In this document: piece by piece, positions 60,901 to 64,000 of the stretch
Position numbering within the stretch: position 1 is the first letter of the stretch
Layout of the letters: every line of letters starts with the position of its first letter
From: Klebsormidium nitens
Taxonomy: Eukaryota; Plantae; Klebsormidiophyceae
Direction of reading: 5' to 3'
Assembly (NCBI GenBank): GCA_000708835.1
Contig: DF237042.1
Span: forward strand, 124,001 to 188,000
DNA length: 64,000 bases
Position numbers and translations under genes: made by a program
The notes under the pieces: generated by a model
What the model was told of the DNA's origin: nothing
What the model saw: the letters and a program-made list of their open reading frames with translations, nothing else
Databases searched by the model: none

Positions 60901-63820
60901 CGACCCTACAGCGCGCCACGTGTCCCCCGGAAACTCACCCACGATCGCCCCGAGTGCCACGTAGCCGAGGCCGACGATCGCGATTGAGAAGAAGGTCAGC
61001 TCCAAGGCGGGGAACGCGAGGAAAGCGGGGGACGCGTTCTTGCCCAGGCACCGGGACAGCGGGCCCTTGAGCAGGTGCAGGACGCAGAGCGCGAAAAGGA
61101 TCACCGTGACCCAAAACATGACGCGGAGAAGGCTGCGGAGTCTGCACACGAAGATGTGAACGGCTGGTCAATTTGGCTGTATGAAGGAATAAGATGAGTG
61201 GAATGTAACGAGCGGCGGATCTGCAACGCTGGTCGCCCTCTCCGCAGCAAGTGCCCGGTTTGCAGCGCAACCGCAGATTCGGTTAAGAGGCCAATCATGG
61301 ACAAGCCAGAAAGCCACGTGGCAAGAGGGTGTAAGTCAAAGAAGAGAAGCCAGCTGCAAGCGCGGAATCTGCTAGGATCGGAAGGGTTGCAAAGCCGCGG
61401 AAACGGACGGCCCGTTGCTTTTCTTTGACGTTACCGTTCGACCACGGTCAGCTTAACCTGCATGGCTATCAGCTTGTTCTCAACACTTACTAGATAGATG
61501 GAGATAATAACGAGTCAAAACGATGACGAGTTGAAAAAGGCTCGTACCCGTTGTGTCCTGGCTGCTGGAACAAGCTGAGCGAGTTGATGCTCAGTTCTTT
61601 GCTGTATTCCGCAGGCGACGCCTCGAACGACACGTTTCCGCCGGAATAGAACGTCCTCGGACGGGCCTGGTTCAGCAGCTTCGTGTTGGCCGGAACCGTT
61701 CCGCTGGTTCCGTTGGCGGGCAGCGTCACCGCCTGGAGGAGCGCCCGCCGGTTCCGCTCGCTCGTGGCAGCGAGGATTCCGTTCGCCGGAACACCGGAAC
61801 CGAGCGCCTGGGGGCGGTCCGTGTAGGGGATGGGGCTGTCGTGGGCGATTCCGTCGAAGGGGCTAGGCCAGCGGAAAAGGGAAAAGGCGAGAGCGGAACT
61901 GGCGTCGATGTAGGGGGTCGGCAGAGGAGCGTCGAGGCTCTGACGCGCGGCAAATAGACTGAGGCTGGAGGCGACATTCTGCAGTGAAACGAGGAGACGA
62001 AATCGATACACGTGGCCGGAGAGTCTTAGCTGAGCATCTGCGAAGTATCTGCATGTGAGAAATCGGGCTTTGGCTTTCAAAATCACTAGTCACTTGCAAC
62101 TCTTATGCTTAAGCATGATGAACAAAGGAATCTCCAGATACGTGACAGGTGCGTTAAAGAGCAACTGAAGCAGACGACGAATGTGCTGAGAGTACGTACG
62201 ATCAAGAGGCTCGAAGACTGCTGCATGATTCCGCCAGCAGCCATGACCCCCACGGAAGCGACCGCAACGGCGCGGATTCCGGTCTGAAGCCCCTTGTTGA
62301 CCTCGTCTGCAAAGATCGGAAGGTGTCGGGCTCTTGCAGGGGACAAAGAACCATTTTGGACAGATACTAAGATATACGCGGTCATTGATATTGATAGTTG
62401 ATATTTGATAATCTGCAGACTTTTTCATCGATTTAGCTGCTGAATAACTAAGTGTCAATACTGATTGGTAATTGATCAAAGCCCTTTCATCTCGCTTTAC
62501 TTCAATTATCCAAATCCATAGTCTCATCGGGTCTCTGTCACCTTTATCTGATGTTGATCTAGGTCTGGGCAAATCCGGACGCTTTGAACGCTCTTCCACA
62601 GGATCTGATTTCAAATATCGCAGCCACGCTCGAAGGGTTTGCCAAGCGCGGAGTCGCATCCAGGACAAACTGGAAACGATGCGAGATCCTTGGCAAACAG
62701 CACTCGAAGCGGGTCGTCAGCAAAATTACAAACTTCCAAAGGCGCGGATTGGTGACACGTGGAGCGCTTGGATTGGCTCCTCACAGTGCAGCACTTGCAG
62801 CTGATTGGACGCAGTGTTCCCGGTGCCCACAATACTGAAGGCGCTGTCGGCAGGAACTTGGATGACGAGATTGGCTTTCCGGTCGATGAGAACCGTCAGG
62901 ACGTACGAAAAGCCGTCCGCTGTGGCAGCGTTCGGACCGGCCCTGCACGCGCGCACGTGAGGTTTTCGGGTTAGGTCTAGATTGCTGGGTTAGTTGGGCG
63001 GTAAGAAGGGCAGAATCACTGGCTGCAAGCATCTTGAAAAGTTCTGTCAGGACGTACGAAGAGGCAGCGTTCGGTCCAGCCCTGCACACAAGCGCATATG
63101 GAAGGATTTGGGCGAAACGTCGGGTTTGAAGTTAGACTACTGGGTAACCAGGCTGTAACCAGGGCAGAACTGCTGAGTGCATCTTGGAGCATCGTAAAGT
63201 TCTGTTCGGACGTACGAAAAGCCGTCCGCCGTGGGAGTGTTCGGACCAGCCGTGCGCGCCCGGATGACAAAGCCTGGGCTTTGCGGGTTTGACAGGAGAA
63301 GCCCGTTTTCAATGGGCAAGGGATATTATGGGGTCCGGAATCTTCCTCAATATCAGCGAGAACGGGACCACGTGTTACCGTTCGCAAGCCTCGTGTCCTG
63401 CAACCGGCCTATATTAATTCGAGAGCAATCCAAACTTGGAAAGTGCTTAGAAGGTTTCCCGCCACTTTGCAACGACAAGAAACCAATTTCAAATAAAGTT
63501 TCACCGGCTTAAAGTCAATCGAGAAGTGTTTGAGTGATCAAGAAGGAAGCGGCCGGACTTTCCGCCTTGCCGGGCCAGCAACAGAGCGGAACGGAGCGGA
63601 ACAACGCATTTTTACTTCCTCTGATGCGGATGCAGAACCTCTTTCTTTGCAACGAATTTTCCACTCACCTAATGATCGTGCCATTAGTGATAGCCATCGT
63701 GTTTGCGTCGAATCCGAACACCTTCTTGTCAAACGTCAGCACGAGCGTCACCTCCTGGTCACGGGAAACCCCGGGTTCCGTCGAGAGTGCGACCACGCCG
63801 TTCGGGTCCTTGTTCACCAG
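57978..63820 (-). CDS. Uncharacterised membrane protein: bacterial Ig-like (Big_13-type) ectodomain plus multi-TM C-terminal domain; continues beyond the window
   Basis: Exons 63669-63820, 62785-62942, 62200-62306, 61548-61978, 60939-61141, 60636-60736, 59554-60216, 59073-59186, 58364-58560, 57978-58050 (2199 nt, phases consistent). Ig-like segment: VTLVLTFDKKVFGF..VIQVPADSAFSIVGTGNTASNQLQVLHY. TM-domain motifs: PLPTPY, FLAFPALELTFF, FLAKYGFFFSDY, KPFVVATLQLAELFS. From memory this resembles the conserved plant AT3G48200-type family; a BLAST search is needed. Confidence 0.8.
58550..58665 (-). repeat. 66-bp duplication of an acceptor and exon start; the upstream copy has CAA instead of CAG
   Basis: Gene strand: cccagatgctaacccaaattgtcttggtcgtccaa-ccgtttgtg, then cccagatgttaacccatatcgtcttcctcgtccag|ccgttcgtg. 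Confidence 0.9.
62890..63265 (-). repeat. Three-copy repeat (spacing 139 and 170 bp) of an acceptor and the first ~45 nt of an Ig-domain exon
   Basis: ggacgtacgaa..gcgttcgg(a/t)cc(g/a)gcc(c/g)tgc at about 62899, 63049 and 63208. Copy 2 keeps tgcag; copy 3 has gcacg. Confidence 0.9.
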
Positions 63821-63970
63821 CTGAAGGAAAGCGGTCGGAGGAGCGGAATCTGCCCGGGACAGGAGATTATCATAGGGTTAGAAGAGGGTTAGCGCAGACT
63901 CAACAGTGGGTTAAGGTAGGGGCTGTCGATTCTGTATTGAGTTGACGCACAACCTTTGTTCACCAGCTGA
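63810..63970 (-). repeat. 15-nt exact copy of an acceptor and exon start, 146 bp upstream
   Basis: ttgttcaccagctga at 63810-63824 and 63956-63970 (gene strand tcag|ctggtgaacaa). Confidence 0.7.
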
Positions 63971-64000
63971 TCGAAGAAGGGCGGTCGGGGCAGCCGTATA

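Overview
Eukaryotic nuclear DNA: intron-rich, gene-dense, with GC-rich exons. It is most consistent with a streptophyte green alga such as Klebsormidium; this is inferred from plant-type ferritin, XRCC1 C-terminus, MSL1 and RbcS sequences and is not proven. I spliced 11 protein-coding genes by hand. In order: proline iminopeptidase-like (+, 5'-truncated), COQ9 (-), MscS/MSL1-like a (+), ferritin-like A (-), ferritin-like B (+), RPP40 (-), XRCC1 (+), GT92-family glycosyltransferase (-), RbcS (-), MscS/MSL1-like b (+), and an Ig-like/multi-TM membrane protein (-, 5'-truncated). I can support no tRNA, rRNA, CRISPR array or intact transposon. Main leads: (1) a head-to-head pair of intact ferritin-fold genes that have both lost almost the whole ferroxidase centre, one without and one with an organelle-type leader; (2) repeated tandem duplications anchored on splice sites in five genes, most with periods of about 130-170 bp; (3) an XRCC1 with an animal-like N-terminal domain and a plant-type C-terminus. 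All family assignments come from remembered motifs, not from database searches.
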